Shown here in pieces: positions 21,612-33,554 of a stretch of 64,000 bases of DNA. Origin of the DNA: Candidatus Bathyarchaeota archaeon (GTDB lineage: Archaea; Thermoproteota; Bathyarchaeia; Bathyarchaeales; Bathycorpusculaceae). A program made the position numbers and the translations under genes. A model generated the notes under the pieces. It saw only the letters and a list, made by a program, of their open reading frames with translations. It was not told where the DNA came from and made no database searches. How positions within the stretch are numbered: the first letter of the stretch is position 1; every line of letters starts with the position of its first letter. The stretch is taken from assembly GCA_963720565.1 (NCBI GenBank), contig CAVRFW010000006.1:1-64000 (forward strand), given 5' to 3'.

Positions 21612-21940
21612 GTTCCACCGGAGTGTTCTTGCATCTCGCTGCTTTCCATAGCTTTGAGAATCTCTGAGTCGCCCGTTTCTCTTATACTTAACGCAGAAAT
21701 AATGAAGAGTTTATTGCATACTTCTGCCAAATCCATTGATCCGCCTTTGTAATCCATAACGGGAACCTTAGAGAGTTCACCATAGAATTTTACTTGCTCT
21801 TTTATGTCTTTTGGACAGTTGTTGGCTAGAATAATCATCTTAGCCTTGCCTGTTTTGGCGCTTTGCAAAGCTGCGTTAGCTCCGAAGGACACCTTTCCTG
21901 TCTTCACAGCGCTTGCAATAGCCTTGTCGATGTTTATCAT
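21608..21940 (-). CDS. rpl30e: 50S ribosomal protein L30e
   Basis: AVKTGKVSFG, IILANNCP, GDSEIL. Confidence 0.97.
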   Translation of the reverse strand: MINIDKAIASAVKTGKVSFGANAALQSAKTGKAKMIILANNCPKDIKEQVKFYGELSKVPVMDYKGGSMDLAEVCNKLFIISALSIRETGDSEILKAMESSEMQEHSGGT

Positions 21941-24900
21941 GCTTCAGTCTTACCTCCTTGTTCTTTCTGTTTCTCAAATGTAGACATGTATAATTCCACT
22001 AAACCAGTACCAATCGGAATAGATTGTCCGACGATGACGTTTTCAGTTACGCCCTCTAGAGGGTCGCTCTCGCCTTTTACCGCTGCTTCGACTATGTTTG
22101 GCACAGTAATTTCGAACGCTGCTCGTGCGAGAACGCTTGCTTTTTTGCCGCTTATTCCATGTCTGCCGATTTGTTGCACTTCGCCAGTTGAAGTCATCAT
22201 ATCTGCCACGAGCATTACATGGCGCACGTCGACGTCCAGACCTTGGTCTTCTAAGACTCCTTTGGCCTCATGAACCAATGCGTTTCTTGAAGCTTCTACT
22301 CCTAGCGTCTTAGCGATTTCATGAACGTTGTTTGTAGTTGTCCGCGAAGTATCGACACCTGGTATTTCGAGAACTTTGGATAGATTCGAGCCGTCTGTGC
22401 GTATGACCCATTCTCCGCTTTCTTCGGTGACGAGTACACGCTTTATGTCGGGTACTCCTTTAACGTGGAAGGCTGGGATTTTTGCAGCCATGCGTTTTAG
22501 GGTTTCAACTTTCTTGGGCTTGATTTGCACAGTATCGTCCTTCACTTTTACAGTGGCATTTTGGATCTGCAATCTGCTTTCAAGTTCTTCCAAGGATATA
22601 GCTCGGTCTTCCATCATTGACTTGTTGAGTTCGACAATGATTTCTTCTCGCACTGGATCTTCATAAATAGCTGAGGCTAAATTCTCCAGATTAGTGTAAA
22701 TTATGTTGCGTGCTATTTCAACTGCGCTTTCCTTGCTCTTCCTGTGTTCGCCGGCTAGGTAGATTGTCATAATCGGCGTTGACGGAATTCTTCTGGCGTC
22801 GACAATTTCTATTAGTCTTGGCAATCCCAAAGTGACGTTTTGTTCTTTCACCCCAGCGTAGTGGAACGTTCTGAGAGTCATCTGTGTGCCGGGTTCGCCT
22901 ATTGATTGAGCTGCAACTATACCTACAGCCTCGCCTGGCTCCATCAAAGCGCGCTTGTATTGTTCGGCAGTTCCAAGAGTGGCTTTGTCAACGCCCTTTT
23001 TGCTGAGCTTGGTTTTAGCTAGGTTCTGTTTGAGTTGGTCAACGAGTATTGGTGTTAGTTGCCCCTCGACATCTGTCAAGTGTTTTTTTATGTATTCGGC
23101 CGATGCTGGTTCGCCTTTTTCTTCTCCAATCTTTATCTGGTCGATTAGCCTACTAACGTTCACGGCTTTTCCGTGATCACTTTTTGCGGGATCCACACCG
23201 TCTTCGCCATACATAAATTGGATTATGTCCCCAGCCGAGTTTCTGACAGTGCTATCGTATTCCAAGCGAATGTGTTCTAATGCGTTAATGAGTCGGCGCT
23301 GCATGTAGCCGCTCTGTTGCGTTCTGACCGCGGTGTCAACCAGACCTTCTCTGCCTCCCATAGCGTGGAAGAAGAATTCAATAGCATCTAATCCAGACTG
23401 ATATGAGGAGTACACAAAGCCTCTTGCTCTTGGACTTGGGTCTCCGTCAGCGAAGTGTGGCAGAGCGCGTCCAGCGTAGCCTCTCATTATTCGTTTGCCT
23501 CGGACTGCTTGCTGCCCAACGCATGCAGCCATCTGACCTATGTTGAGACTAGAGCCTCTCGCGCCCGTTCGAGTCATGACTATGCCCGCGTTTTCCAGCG
23601 TGAAATCTTGATCAGCAATTTTTCCTGACTCGTCTCTTGCAGTGGCTAGTTCGTGCATAACGTAGATTTCAAAAGATTCCTCAATTGTTTGACCAGGAAG
23701 TCGCGGTAATGTTCCCTTGTTCTTGCTCTCTATGAGTTCGTCTATTTTCTTCTGGATCCGCTCCATGGTCTTGTTCATTTTTGAGGTAGCCTTGGGAGAC
23801 AAAACAAGTTGGTCATAGGTGTAACTGAAACCACGCATGGTGATGAAGAGTTTTAGCAGTCTTGTTGCTTTGTTTAGGAATTCGCGTCCGGCTTGAGTTC
23901 CGTAGTCTTTTATTATGCGATGAAGCAAGCTTTCTGACTGCTCAGAGCCTATGGATTTTCGGTCGATAATGCCTGAAATTAGTTGTCCGTTCTTGACGAC
24001 AACATAGGCGTCGTGTTTGCATTCTTCTTCCTCGCATTTGGTGCATCCTTGACAGATGTTAGCCTTTAAGACGTAGTTTAGAGTCTTTGGTAGGAAGAGA
24101 CTGAAAATCTGCTTTCCCCACCACATGGGTTGAGGCTCTTTGATTTTGGGTTCAGGCAGCTCGTCCGGTGTATCCTGTTGTTGTAAGGATTCTGCTAACC
24201 TCTGCCTTTGTTAGGTAATTTGACGATCTAGTGAAGTAATATGCACTAGTGATGAAGTCTCGGATGGCCCCTATAATCGGTCCGCCAAATCTGGGGGAGA
24301 GTATTTGGTCTTGAACCTGCATTAGCAGCAGCGCTTCTGTTCGTGCTTCCTCGCTCTGTGGCACGTGTAGATTCATTTCGTCGCCGTCAAAGTCAGCGTT
24401 GTAGGGTGGACATACGCAAAGGTGTAAGCGGAAAGTCTTGTAGGGCAAGACACGGACGTAATGTGCCATGATGGACATGCGGTGCAAAGAAGGTTGACGA
24501 TTAAAGATTGCAATGTCTCCGTTCTTGAGATGTCGCTCCACAATGAAACCGAGTTCGACTGCTTCAGCTATTTTTTCCCGGTCTACCACGAATTCAAGCC
24601 TTATTCGTTTGCCGTCTGGCCTGATTATGTATAGTGCGCCGGGATAGTTTTCAGGACCGTTTATCACTAGTTTCTTCAGTTCTTCGATGTTCCATGCAGT
24701 GACTTTTTCGGGAATGGATAAGCGCATTGCAACGTCTCTTGGCACACCGACCTCGTTTATGTCCAAGTTAGGGTCTGGAGAAATGACTGTTCGTGCTGAG
24801 AAGTCAACTCTTTTCCCTGAAAGGTTGCTTCTGAAGCGGCCTTCTTTTCCCTTGAGCCTCTGTGAGAGCGTTTTCAGCGCCCTTCCTGAGCGATGTCTTG

Positions 24901-25771
24901 CGGGGGGTATTCCAGATGCTTCGTTGTTAAAGTAAGTGGTAACATGATATTGAAGAAGCTCTGACAAGTCCTGAATGATGAGTGTTGGCGCGCCTGCTTC
25001 CATGTTTTCCTTTAGTCTCTGGTTGATCCGTATGATGTCTACAAGCTTGTGGGTCAAGTCGTCTTCTGAGCGTATTCCAGATTCCAAAGTTATTGACGGT
25101 CGCACGTAAACTGGTGGCACTGGCAAAACCTGTAAAACCATCCACTCTGGTCGAGCTGCTCGGGGGTTGAATCCTAAAATTTCTAGGTCCTCGTCGGAAA
25201 TGCGCTCCAGTCTCTCTCGAATCATGCTGGGGGTTAAAGGTTCAGATCCGGCCTCAGTTTGTTCTATGAACTTTGTGGGTTTCTCAAATGTGATTTTGAA
25301 TTGTGCCGCTGCACAATGGGGACACTGCTTCGTCTTGATTTCAGAGATAATTCCCTTGAAGACGTCGTCGGGTATAGCGCCTAGAAGCTCATTGACTTTT
25401 TCAATGCGGACTTTAACCTTCTTAGCGGTTTCGTCTGATAGCAATATTCTGCCACAATTGCGACAGGTAGTTTTCAAAAGGTCAAATATTATTTTCGTGA
25501 ATTCTATGTGCACTATTGGCACTGCTAGTTCAATGTGTCCAAAGTGTCCTGGACAGCGAATTGCTGTGTTGCCACAAGTTTTGCATCTTTGCCTTGGTTC
25601 CAGTGTGCCCAGTCTGCCATCCATTAGCCCAGCAGTAATCGGGGCACCGTCTTCATCATATGTGTCTGGAGTTTGAATTTCTACAACTGATTGTTTGCGC
25701 AAGTTCTTGGGGGAAATTAGACCAAAAGAGATATCGTCAACAATTTTGTGGATTAATTCTTCTGAAGCCAT
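21937..25771 (-). CDS. rpo1: RNA polymerase largest subunit, fused A'+A'' (one +1 indel at ~24163)
   Basis: [38 protein letters not shown]; removing one base in GGA-C-GAG restores [16 protein letters not shown] and joins the two ORFs. Confidence 0.95.
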
Positions 25772-25772
25772 T

Positions 25773-28700
25773 TTAAGCCTTCTCCTTAAGCTTTAGTTTT
25801 GGTGTGATGCACAAACTCTGTAGTTCCTGAAGCAAAAGCTTGAATGCATACGAAACTATTACCGGGGAGATTTTTGCCTTTTCATCGCAGATTTTGCAGA
25901 CGTATTTTCGCTGTTTAATGTCGAAGTAGGCGATTTGTCCACATGTTTCGCAAATGTAGAGTGTGTACTTGTCAGATTCCTCGAGTAATCTGTCTCTGAG
26001 CAGCATGGCTGCGCCGTGTCCGATGAGGCAGTCTCTTTCCATCTCGCCGAACCTTAAACCGCCGCCTCGTGCTCTGCCCTCTGTGGGCTGTCGCGTAAGC
26101 ATCTGTACTTGTCCGCGAGCGCGGGCATGGATTTTGTCCGCGACCATATGGTGGAGCTTTTGGTAGTAGACTACGCCTACGAAGATGTCAGCTACGAATT
26201 TTTCACCGGTTGTTCCATTATAGAAGACTTCGCTTCCAGTATTGCTGAATCCGAGCTTGACCAGACTCTTCCGTATTTCATCAGGTCCTTCATTAGCAAA
26301 CGGCGTGCCATTCGCGGGTCTTCCTCTTGCCGATGCAGCTTTCCCAGCGAGTGATTCGATAAATTGACCGATTGTCATTCTTGACGGAATTGCGTGTGGG
26401 TTGATCACTATGTCGGGGACAATGCCTTCATCCGTGAAGGGCATATCCTCTTGGGGCACAATAAGACCAATGACGCCTTTTTGACCGTGACGAGAAGCGA
26501 ACTTGTCGCCTAGCTCGGGAACACGCTGATCGCGAACGCGTACCTTGACGAGTTTGCTTCCCTCTCCGGATTCGGTAATGAAAATTCCGTCAACAACGCC
26601 AGTTTCTGATGGCCTCATATCTGCGGATGTATCGCGCATCGATGGTCCTTTGACTTCGAACTCTTTGTATTCTTCCAGGAATCTTGGTGGACTTATTCTT
26701 CCGATGAGAACGTCGCCGCCGACCACGCTGGATTCCAGGCTTATTATACCGTCAGGCTCGAGAAGTCTGTAGTATTGTTCTCCGCGATATCCTCTGGTTC
26801 CTGCTTCGGGAACGATAAACTTGTCTTTTAGCCCGCCTAGGTATTGTCGACACTCAGCTTCATATATTCTGTAGAAGGTGGAACGGGCTAGACCACGTTC
26901 TATTGAGGCTTTGTTGAAGATTAGGGCATCTTCCATGTTGTAGCCTTCGAACGAGAGCACTGCCACAACACAGTTTTGTCCTGTGGGACGTTGTTTATAG
27001 CCTATTACGTCCATCAGTTCAGTCTCTACCAAAGGCATCTGTGGATAATGCAGAATGTGAGATCGCGAGTCTACTCGGTGATGGAAGTTTGTTCCGTAAA
27101 CGCCCAACGCTTGCTTTGCCATTGCGGCCTGGTAAGAGTTGCGTGGTGATTGATTGTGCTCGGGATAGGGTATCGTTGAAGCGCATATGCCCAATATCGT
27201 GTAGGTAGCAATTTCGGAGTGTGTATTTTGCGGTCCAACCTTGTCCAGAGAAACTGCCAGGAGCGCATTCTCTTCCTCTTCAGCATCCAAGTATTCAACC
27301 AACCCGTTCTTGACGAGATCTTCCCAAGTCCATTCTCCTAACGCTATTTTTTCGAAGTGATTGGGCTGAAGCTTCGAGACGCCGTTTTCAACGATAATTA
27401 GTGGTCTTCTTACTCTGCCCTCGTCGCAGTTTGCATGCACTTCTTCTGTTTCACTGAACTGCTTTGAGAAGTAGGTTATGTTAACTTCAGTTGAGATTTC
27501 GCCTGCCCTTCTCTTTTCTCTAAAGGACTTAACTGTGCGCTCCGCAGAATCGACGTATCCGATGATGTTGCCATCAACGAAGACTTTGGCTCCAGAGATT
27601 CTCAAATCCGTGGTGGCTTCGTAGGCTGGAATTGTGCCCATTTCAAAGAGCAGCTGCTTAATCTTGTCAGGGTTAACTCCAACGCTTATCGATGCAGACA
27701 ACGCGAGGTTCTTTACCAGACCACAGTTAGATCCTTCCGGCGTTTCATTGGGGCACAAACGTCCCCAGTGGGTCGGGTGCAGATCTCGAGCCTCGAAGTT
27801 TGGCTGGCTCCTGCTCAGAGGTGACTGAAGCCTGCGCAAGTGACTGAGTGTGGAAATGTAATTTGTTCTATCCAAGAGTTGCGTTATACCAACTCGGCCT
27901 CTTCCCCAGTTTCCAGTAGCAAGCGCATGTTGGAATCTCTCTGTAATTATTCCCGGACGAACTGCAGCGGAAACGGTAATTATTGGGCCTTTTACGCCGA
28001 TTCGCTCAAGTTGGTACTTTATGTCCCGGGTTAAGTTTCTGAAGGAAACACGGAATAGGTCAGCAAGAAGCGGACCGGCAAGTCTTAGACGTTTGTTCTT
28101 GAAGTGGTCTTTGTCGTCTGGTTGCCTTCTGTTGAGTTTAAGCTGGATTATGCGGTAAGCCATTTCGCCCAGGAAAATGGCTTTGTCTTTTCTGTTCTTG
28201 TCGCTTCTACCCAAGTGGGGTAGGAAGTTCTTGTCAAGTGCTGTCTCAGCCTTTTGAAGACGGTACTCTTCCACTTGCCCATGAGCGACTCGATTCCCAA
28301 TGAAAAGAATCGCTTCGGCGGGTGTGTCGACGCCTATAGCTTTTTCGAATGAGGCAGCAAGTTCATGCTGAATATCTTTATCGAGCGAAACCGCCTCAGC
28401 TATATCTTTATCTTTTTCCAAGGTCAGCGCGCGTAATATAACCACAAAGGGAATCTCGGTTGGAACGCCTGGCATTGTGACGTAGATTGCATCATCAGAT
28501 TTCAGTTTTAGTTCTATTCTAGCCCTGAAACCTACGGTGGTAGAGAATATTTTAGCTTGATAAACTGGCGATGTTCCTTTTTCATCTATGTCGACTATAA
28601 CGCGGTTTGGTGCTAAGTCTTCCATAGCAACTATGACGCGTTCAGAACCGTTAACGACGAAATAGCCCCCTGTGTCATCTGGATCCTCTCCTGCAGCGAT

Positions 28701-29147
28701 AAGTTCTTCTTTTGAGAGTTGAGAGAGGAAGCAAAGTTTTGACTTCAGCATTACAGGTATATTTCCGATGTAAACAAGTTCCGTATCCTGTTCTCTTCCA
28801 TCTATTACCGGCGTCATTTCCAGTGCAATGGGCGCTGAGTATGCTAGGTTACGCAATCGGGCTTCCGTGGGGTAAATTTCATGCTTTGTACCGTCAACTT
28901 CAGTGGCATACGGTCCTGTTATGCGCGATTGAGGATCAATTACCCATATCTGTCCGAGCTTAACTTTGTAGGGGCTCTCTGGAACTTCTATCGGGATTTC
29001 GCCAACTTCGTCAACAACCTCTTGTAAACCGTGGTCTATGAACTCGTTGTAGCTGTCAAGGTGCTGGCGGACAAGACCTTTTTCATTAAAGAATGTTTTT
29101 AGTAATGAACGAATATCTTCTTTCTGAATTTCAGTCAATTTCATCAT
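25773..29147 (-). CDS. rpo2: RNA polymerase subunit B, unsplit
   Basis: [21 protein letters not shown]-terminal Zn finger. Confidence 0.98.
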   Translation of the reverse strand: MMKLTEIQKEDIRSLLKTFFNEKGLVRQHLDSYNEFIDHGLQEVVDEVGEIPIEVPESPYKVKLGQIWVIDPQSRITGPYATEVDGTKHEIYPTEARLRNLAYSAPIALEMTPVIDGREQDTELVYIGNIPVMLKSKLCFLSQLSKEELIAAGEDPDDTGGYFVVNGSERVIVAMEDLAPNRVIVDIDEKGTSPVYQAKIFSTTVGFRARIELKLKSDDAIYVTMPGVPTEIPFVVILRALTLEKDKDIAEAVSLDKDIQHELAASFEKAIGVDTPAEAILFIGNRVAHGQVEEYRLQKAETALDKNFLPHLGRSDKNRKDKAIFLGEMAYRIIQLKLNRRQPDDKDHFKNKRLRLAGPLLADLFRVSFRNLTRDIKYQLERIGVKGPIITVSAAVRPGIITERFQHALATGNWGRGRVGITQLLDRTNYISTLSHLRRLQSPLSRSQPNFEARDLHPTHWGRLCPNETPEGSNCGLVKNLALSASISVGVNPDKIKQLLFEMGTIPAYEATTDLRISGAKVFVDGNIIGYVDSAERTVKSFREKRRAGEISTEVNITYFSKQFSETEEVHANCDEGRVRRPLIIVENGVSKLQPNHFEKIALGEWTWEDLVKNGLVEYLDAEEEENALLAVSLDKVGPQNTHSEIATYTILGICASTIPYPEHNQSPRNSYQAAMAKQALGVYGTNFHHRVDSRSHILHYPQMPLVETELMDVIGYKQRPTGQNCVVAVLSFEGYNMEDALIFNKASIERGLARSTFYRIYEAECRQYLGGLKDKFIVPEAGTRGYRGEQYYRLLEPDGIISLESSVVGGDVLIGRISPPRFLEEYKEFEVKGPSMRDTSADMRPSETGVVDGIFITESGEGSKLVKVRVRDQRVPELGDKFASRHGQKGVIGLIVPQEDMPFTDEGIVPDIVINPHAIPSRMTIGQFIESLAGKAASARGRPANGTPFANEGPDEIRKSLVKLGFSNTGSEVFYNGTTGEKFVADIFVGVVYYQKLHHMVADKIHARARGQVQMLTRQPTEGRARGGGLRFGEMERDCLIGHGAAMLLRDRLLEESDKYTLYICETCGQIAYFDIKQRKYVCKICDEKAKISPVIVSYAFKLLLQELQSLCITPKLKLKEKA

Positions 29148-29602
29148 TCTCCCGCAAAATCATATTTTGAAACACACGTGTGCAATTTTTGGTTGCGGGT
29201 TTTCATCAAACTTTCGATTTCCTCCGATGTTGGATGGGTATCCAAATCGAAAAAGGATCTCCTATTTCTTAAGAGCACAAACCAATGCTTCATAGCTATC
29301 TAATAAACTTTTTTATGGAAGTACATACAAACTAAGGTCTTCTAAACTCTCTCAAAGTTATTACACGACAACTTCTTCCTAAGGTATATTTGTGCCCCGC
29401 AAAAGGCAAAAGAGAGAAGAAGTTCAACTAATCGCTTAAAATCACATTTCAAGCATGCAGTTTTAGATCTTCGAATACTGAAAAAGGGTTTCAATTTTTT
29501 GTCAAGCGAGCGCAGAGCTAATTTGGAAGGATTATAGACAGCACCGAGCTGATAAGCGGGAAATGATTAATAAGAAGAGATTCAGATTTTGTTAGACTGT
29601 GT

Positions 29603-29749
29603 GCAGCGGTAACCAAGCCAGGTCAAAGGTGAAAGAGCGCATCTAAGTGCGTTCCACTAAGGACTCAAGATCGACGCTTTGACTTGAGCGCCCTATGAGA
29701 AATCCTTTCCCGTAGGGGTTCGCAGGTTCAAATCCTGCCCGCTGCACCA
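29603..29749 (+). tRNA. tRNA-Leu(CAA) with two introns (28/29: 29634-29660; 37/38: 29670-29701)
   Basis: Splicing gives GCAGCGG...GGTG-AAGGA-CTCAAGA-TCCTT-long variable arm-GCAGGTTCAAATCCTGC-CCGCTGC-ACCA; both introns have 4-bp central helices with 3-nt bulges. Confidence 0.93.
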
Positions 29750-29861
29750 TAAGTCACAACGACTTGCATATCACCCGCCACAGTTTTGGACGATACGCTC
29801 CAGTGAGTCTCCTATCGATGTTACAAATGCACACAAATAGTATACTCGTTTTCCAAAGCCC

Positions 29862-30459
29862 TCATGTTTTGCCGCCGACTTTTGAGAATGTGAGCCTTAT
29901 TCTGCTTTTATGTTGCCTTGTCTGTCCTCCTGGGTAAACACAGAGGATGACACGGTAACCTGACAGCATTTTGTCATAGTCGTCGGTTACCTTATGGTAT
30001 TGTAGATCTCGAAATTCTGGAAGTTGCTGCAGCACATGTTTTGCTGAGTTGCCAAGGACAAAAATCACTTTCGGGTCTAGCTCGGATATTTCTCTTCTCA
30101 AGAAACGGGCTGAACAAACTTCTAAAACCTTCAGATGGCACATTTTTTCTGCTGACTCTTGTTCAGTCTGCATTTGATCGCATCGATGAGAGCAAATCCT
30201 TTGCCTTTGAATTCATCCAAAGAATTCAATCCCAGATGTTCAAGTACTTCTCTGCATAGGTTCGTGCGCTTGCGTCATCAACATCCTGACTGTAGAAGTA
30301 CCGTTGCTTTCCATTCCACGGCGGAGATTCAGCAACGAACAAAATTTCAACAGGCTTTCGTTGCCATTTCTCCTCCACCTTGTACTTGACATAGGGTTTT
30401 TCAGAAGGGTTAATTCTTTCCCGACTTTCGAATTTCAAGCATTCACTGGCAGAGGTCAA
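29862..30459 (-). pseudogene. Uracil-DNA glycosylase-like family protein, frameshifted
   Basis: ILFVAESPP...RYFY in one frame, C..FLRREISELDPKVIFVLG..A...YPGG in another. Confidence 0.6.
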
Positions 30460-30547
30460 TGTCGCGAGTGAGAGTCAAATGCGTCTCCTAACCGTTCTGA
30501 GTGAGCCAAGTTTTAATTATGCAGGGGCATTATTAAATTGAGAGAAG

Positions 30548-30898
30548 ATGAGGGAAGACACAAAAAACAAGGAATATACTGAGCAAGATTACCCAGAAGG
30601 AACTCTGGGTTGGAAAGCAAACAGAAAGCTGGCAGCTGTTGAGGAGCACGCGCTGAAAAGTGGAATAGTCTGCCTGTCTTTCGCCACTATTCTTCTGTTA
30701 CCTGCCATTATCGAAATTCTATATTACAGCATGAACATGCATGGTCCTCTCCTGACATGGCGTGCAGGGGTAGAGCCTTACAGTTTGGCACAGTGGCATA
30801 TGGTTGTATATGTTGTGGTTCTTCTAATGTTCGTCAGCGCCTTCTTCTACTTTGGCATAAGATTGGTTTGGCAAGGTCTTCATCAACGCAAGAAATAA
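30548..30898 (+). CDS. Hypothetical membrane protein (2 TM)
   Basis: Two hydrophobic stretches, ATG start after an AT-rich promoter-like tract. Confidence 0.65.
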   Translation: MREDTKNKEYTEQDYPEGTLGWKANRKLAAVEEHALKSGIVCLSFATILLLPAIIEILYYSMNMHGPLLTWRAGVEPYSLAQWHMVVYVVVLLMFVSAFFYFGIRLVWQGLHQRKK

Positions 30899-31240
30899 GC
30901 GTGTTCCCCTGAGCCCTAGAGCAAAAGAAATTTCAGATTTTAGTCAGACGATGCATTACGGTGGCTGGTTCAGAATGGATGAGTTCCACGGGGCAATTCC
31001 ATTATAGGGGGCCTTGTTTGCAAGAAAAAAGAATAAATGTTTTCTCAGAGACTATTGTCTTTCTTCTTCTCCAGCAATGCTCTGTTGGTCCAGAAGCGAA
31101 TCATCGAAGGGCGTAGTTGTCTTCTGCAGTGTAGATTATCTCAAAACGTTAATTGAATACCTGGAGTAGCCAACTAGAGCAGCTGTTCCAGCAATGCAAT
31201 AGAGTGAGAGATGATTAAGAGGTGTTCTTTTGGGATTGAG

Positions 31241-31317
31241 TGGCGCCGCCTAAAGGACTCGAACCTTTGACCTACTGATTAACAGTCAGTTGCACTACCG
31301 GGCTGTGCAAAGGCGGC
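31241..31317 (-). tRNA. tRNA-Asn(GUU)
   Basis: Reverse complement GCCGCCTTTGCACAGCCCGGTAGTGCAACTGACTGTTAATCAGTAGGTCAAAGGTTCGAGTCCTTTAGGCGGCGCCA. Confidence 0.95.
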
Positions 31318-31447
31318 AAAGCGTCACTTATTCAGTCTCAGCTTCACAAAAGTATTTAAGGTTAGTTATACAGAGCCGATAGGTTTCTAGAAAAATGTAT
31401 ATGAAGGTAATCCGCTATAAAACTAGAAAACCATCAAAGGGGAGAGA

Positions 31448-32017
31448 ATGGTGAGTTTGAAGGGAATAGTTGAGTTCAGGTGGCATGGCAGAGGCGGACA
31501 GGGCGCATGGACAGCTAGTGAGTTACTAGCGCGAACTGCGCTCCACGAGGGCAAATATATCCAGTCTTTTCCGGAGTTTGGCCCCGAAAGAATGGGAGCA
31601 CCGGTGACTGCGTTCACTCGAATTAGTAATGAGGTTATCAGATTACACAGTTCTGTTTACGAGCCAGACATCGTTGTGGTTTTGGATCCAACATTGCTAA
31701 AAACCGTTCCAGTAGCTTCCGGAGTGGATGACAAAGGACTTTTTATCGTTAACTCTGCAGATGAGCCAGTTAAGGTTCGAGAAAGCTTAAAAACAAAAAA
31801 AGGAAAACTCTGGACCATTCCTGCGACACAAATCGCTCTGAAAATCTTGGGCATGTCTATAACCAATACGGCTATGCTGGGAGCAGTTGCTCGAGCCACT
31901 AACGTGGTATCTCTGGATAGTATTGAAAAGACAGTGAAGGAGCGGTTCAGAGCAGATCTGGCTGAGAAGAATTTCGCAGTTATTAAAGAGGCTTTTCAGG
32001 AGGCAAAACAAGAATGA
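31448..32017 (+). CDS. porG: Pyruvate/2-oxoacid:ferredoxin oxidoreductase gamma subunit
   Basis: HGRGGQG, FPEFGPERMGAPV, NTAMLGA. Confidence 0.95.
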   Translation: MVSLKGIVEFRWHGRGGQGAWTASELLARTALHEGKYIQSFPEFGPERMGAPVTAFTRISNEVIRLHSSVYEPDIVVVLDPTLLKTVPVASGVDDKGLFIVNSADEPVKVRESLKTKKGKLWTIPATQIALKILGMSITNTAMLGAVARATNVVSLDSIEKTVKERFRADLAEKNFAVIKEAFQEAKQE

Positions 32018-32298
32018 CCAGCAATGAAGAGGGTTGGAAAGAAACAGCGCCTGCAGCTGTATGCTCAAAATCGAGCAAACTTTTCTTAACAGGTGACTGG
32101 AAAACTTACATGCCTATCCGAGATAAGGCTAAGTGCACCATCTGTTTGACATGTGTACTTTTTTGTCCGGATGGAGCAATCCATTGGCACCCCGAGAAAG
32201 GAGACATCGAATTCGACCTAAGTTTTTGCAAAGGATGCGGAATATGTGCCAACGAGTGCCCAACTAAAGCCATAACGATGAAGCTGGAACAGGAGTGA
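32014..32298 (+). CDS. porD: Pyruvate/2-oxoacid:ferredoxin oxidoreductase delta subunit
   Basis: TGDWK, two CxxCxxCxxxCP motifs incl. CKGCGICANECP. Confidence 0.95.
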   Translation: MTSNEEGWKETAPAAVCSKSSKLFLTGDWKTYMPIRDKAKCTICLTCVLFCPDGAIHWHPEKGDIEFDLSFCKGCGICANECPTKAITMKLEQE

Positions 32299-32305
32299 AC
32301 GTGAA

Positions 32306-33535
32306 GTGAAGAAATCTGTTAAACAAGAAAGGATGGCTATGAGCGGAGACGAAGCCGTTGCTTATGCGGTTAAGCAGTCGGATGTAGATGTGGTTGCGGC
32401 CTACCCGATTACACCTCAGACGATAATTGTGGAGAAATTTGGTGAATATGTGGCTGATGGTGAGGTGCAAACTGAGTTTGTTTGTACCGAGTCTGAGCAC
32501 AGCGCGTTGGCTGCTTCTCTTTCCGCCTCTGCGACGGGCGCTAGAACTTTCACGGCTACAGCCTCGGCTGGTTTGGCTTTGATGCATGAGATGCTTTTTG
32601 TGACTTCTGGTTGTAGAGCGCCAGTGGTTATGGCAGTTGCCAACAGGGCTTTATCTGCTCCGCTTAACATTCACGGAGACCACTCAGATAGTATTGCTCA
32701 AAGAGACAGCGGTTGGATTCAGTTGTACGTTGAAAACGCGCAGGAAGCTTATGATTCGGTGATTCAGGCGTTCAGAATCGCGGAGGATTTTGGAGTGATG
32801 TTACCTATTATGGTGGGCTTGGATGGTTTCACGGTGAGCCACACACTGGAAAATGTGGAAACGCTTCCGGATGAAGTGACCAAAGAGTTTGTTGGAACAC
32901 GCCTTTTGCCGAATGTTCTTACACACGAGAACAAAAAAGTTCCTTTCAAACTTGACCCAGACAATCCTATGACTATGGGTCCAATGGCTTTGCCTAATTA
33001 TTATTTTGAGTTTAAACGACAACAGGATGAGGCAATGAAGAACGCTCTTGCTGTGATTCAGAAGGTAAACGATGAATACGCTGAGTTAACTGGTAGAAAA
33101 TACGGCAATGGCCTGGTTGAAACTTATCGTCTCGAAGACGCGGAAATTGCAGCAGTCTGCATTGGCTCAACAGCGGGAACCATGAAAACTGTTGTTGACG
33201 AGCTGAGGCAAGAAGGCGTTAAAGCTGGGCTATTGAGATTGCGCGTGTTCAGACCTTTGCCGGTTGAAGAGATTAGAACGGCTTTGGAAAACGTGAAAGC
33301 AGTAGCTGTCTTAGATAAGAGCTTGAGTTTTGGCGGAAATGGTGGCGCGGTTTTTCACGAGGTTCGCCATATTCTCTACGATTCAAAAGCCAAACCCTAT
33401 GTCGTAGACTATGTTTACGGCTTGGGTGGGAGAGATGCAAGTCCAAGAGAGCTTCGGGGCATATACCAAGACCTATTGCAGATAGTGAATAAGGGTGTGC
33501 AAAATCCGATTCAGTATCTGGGATTGAGAGAGTAG
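32306..33535 (+). CDS. porA: Pyruvate/2-oxoacid:ferredoxin oxidoreductase alpha subunit
   Basis: AAYPITPQT, ESEH, ANRALSAPLNIHGDHSD, YGLGGRD. Confidence 0.95.
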   Translation: MKKSVKQERMAMSGDEAVAYAVKQSDVDVVAAYPITPQTIIVEKFGEYVADGEVQTEFVCTESEHSALAASLSASATGARTFTATASAGLALMHEMLFVTSGCRAPVVMAVANRALSAPLNIHGDHSDSIAQRDSGWIQLYVENAQEAYDSVIQAFRIAEDFGVMLPIMVGLDGFTVSHTLENVETLPDEVTKEFVGTRLLPNVLTHENKKVPFKLDPDNPMTMGPMALPNYYFEFKRQQDEAMKNALAVIQKVNDEYAELTGRKYGNGLVETYRLEDAEIAAVCIGSTAGTMKTVVDELRQEGVKAGLLRLRVFRPLPVEEIRTALENVKAVAVLDKSLSFGGNGGAVFHEVRHILYDSKAKPYVVDYVYGLGGRDASPRELRGIYQDLLQIVNKGVQNPIQYLGLRE

Positions 33536-33554
33536 ATGGAGGAAAGAGAAGAAA

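Noticed and set aside
21937..25771. Apparent novel split of RNA polymerase A subunit
   Set aside because: One extra base explains it; the second ORF starts mid-domain
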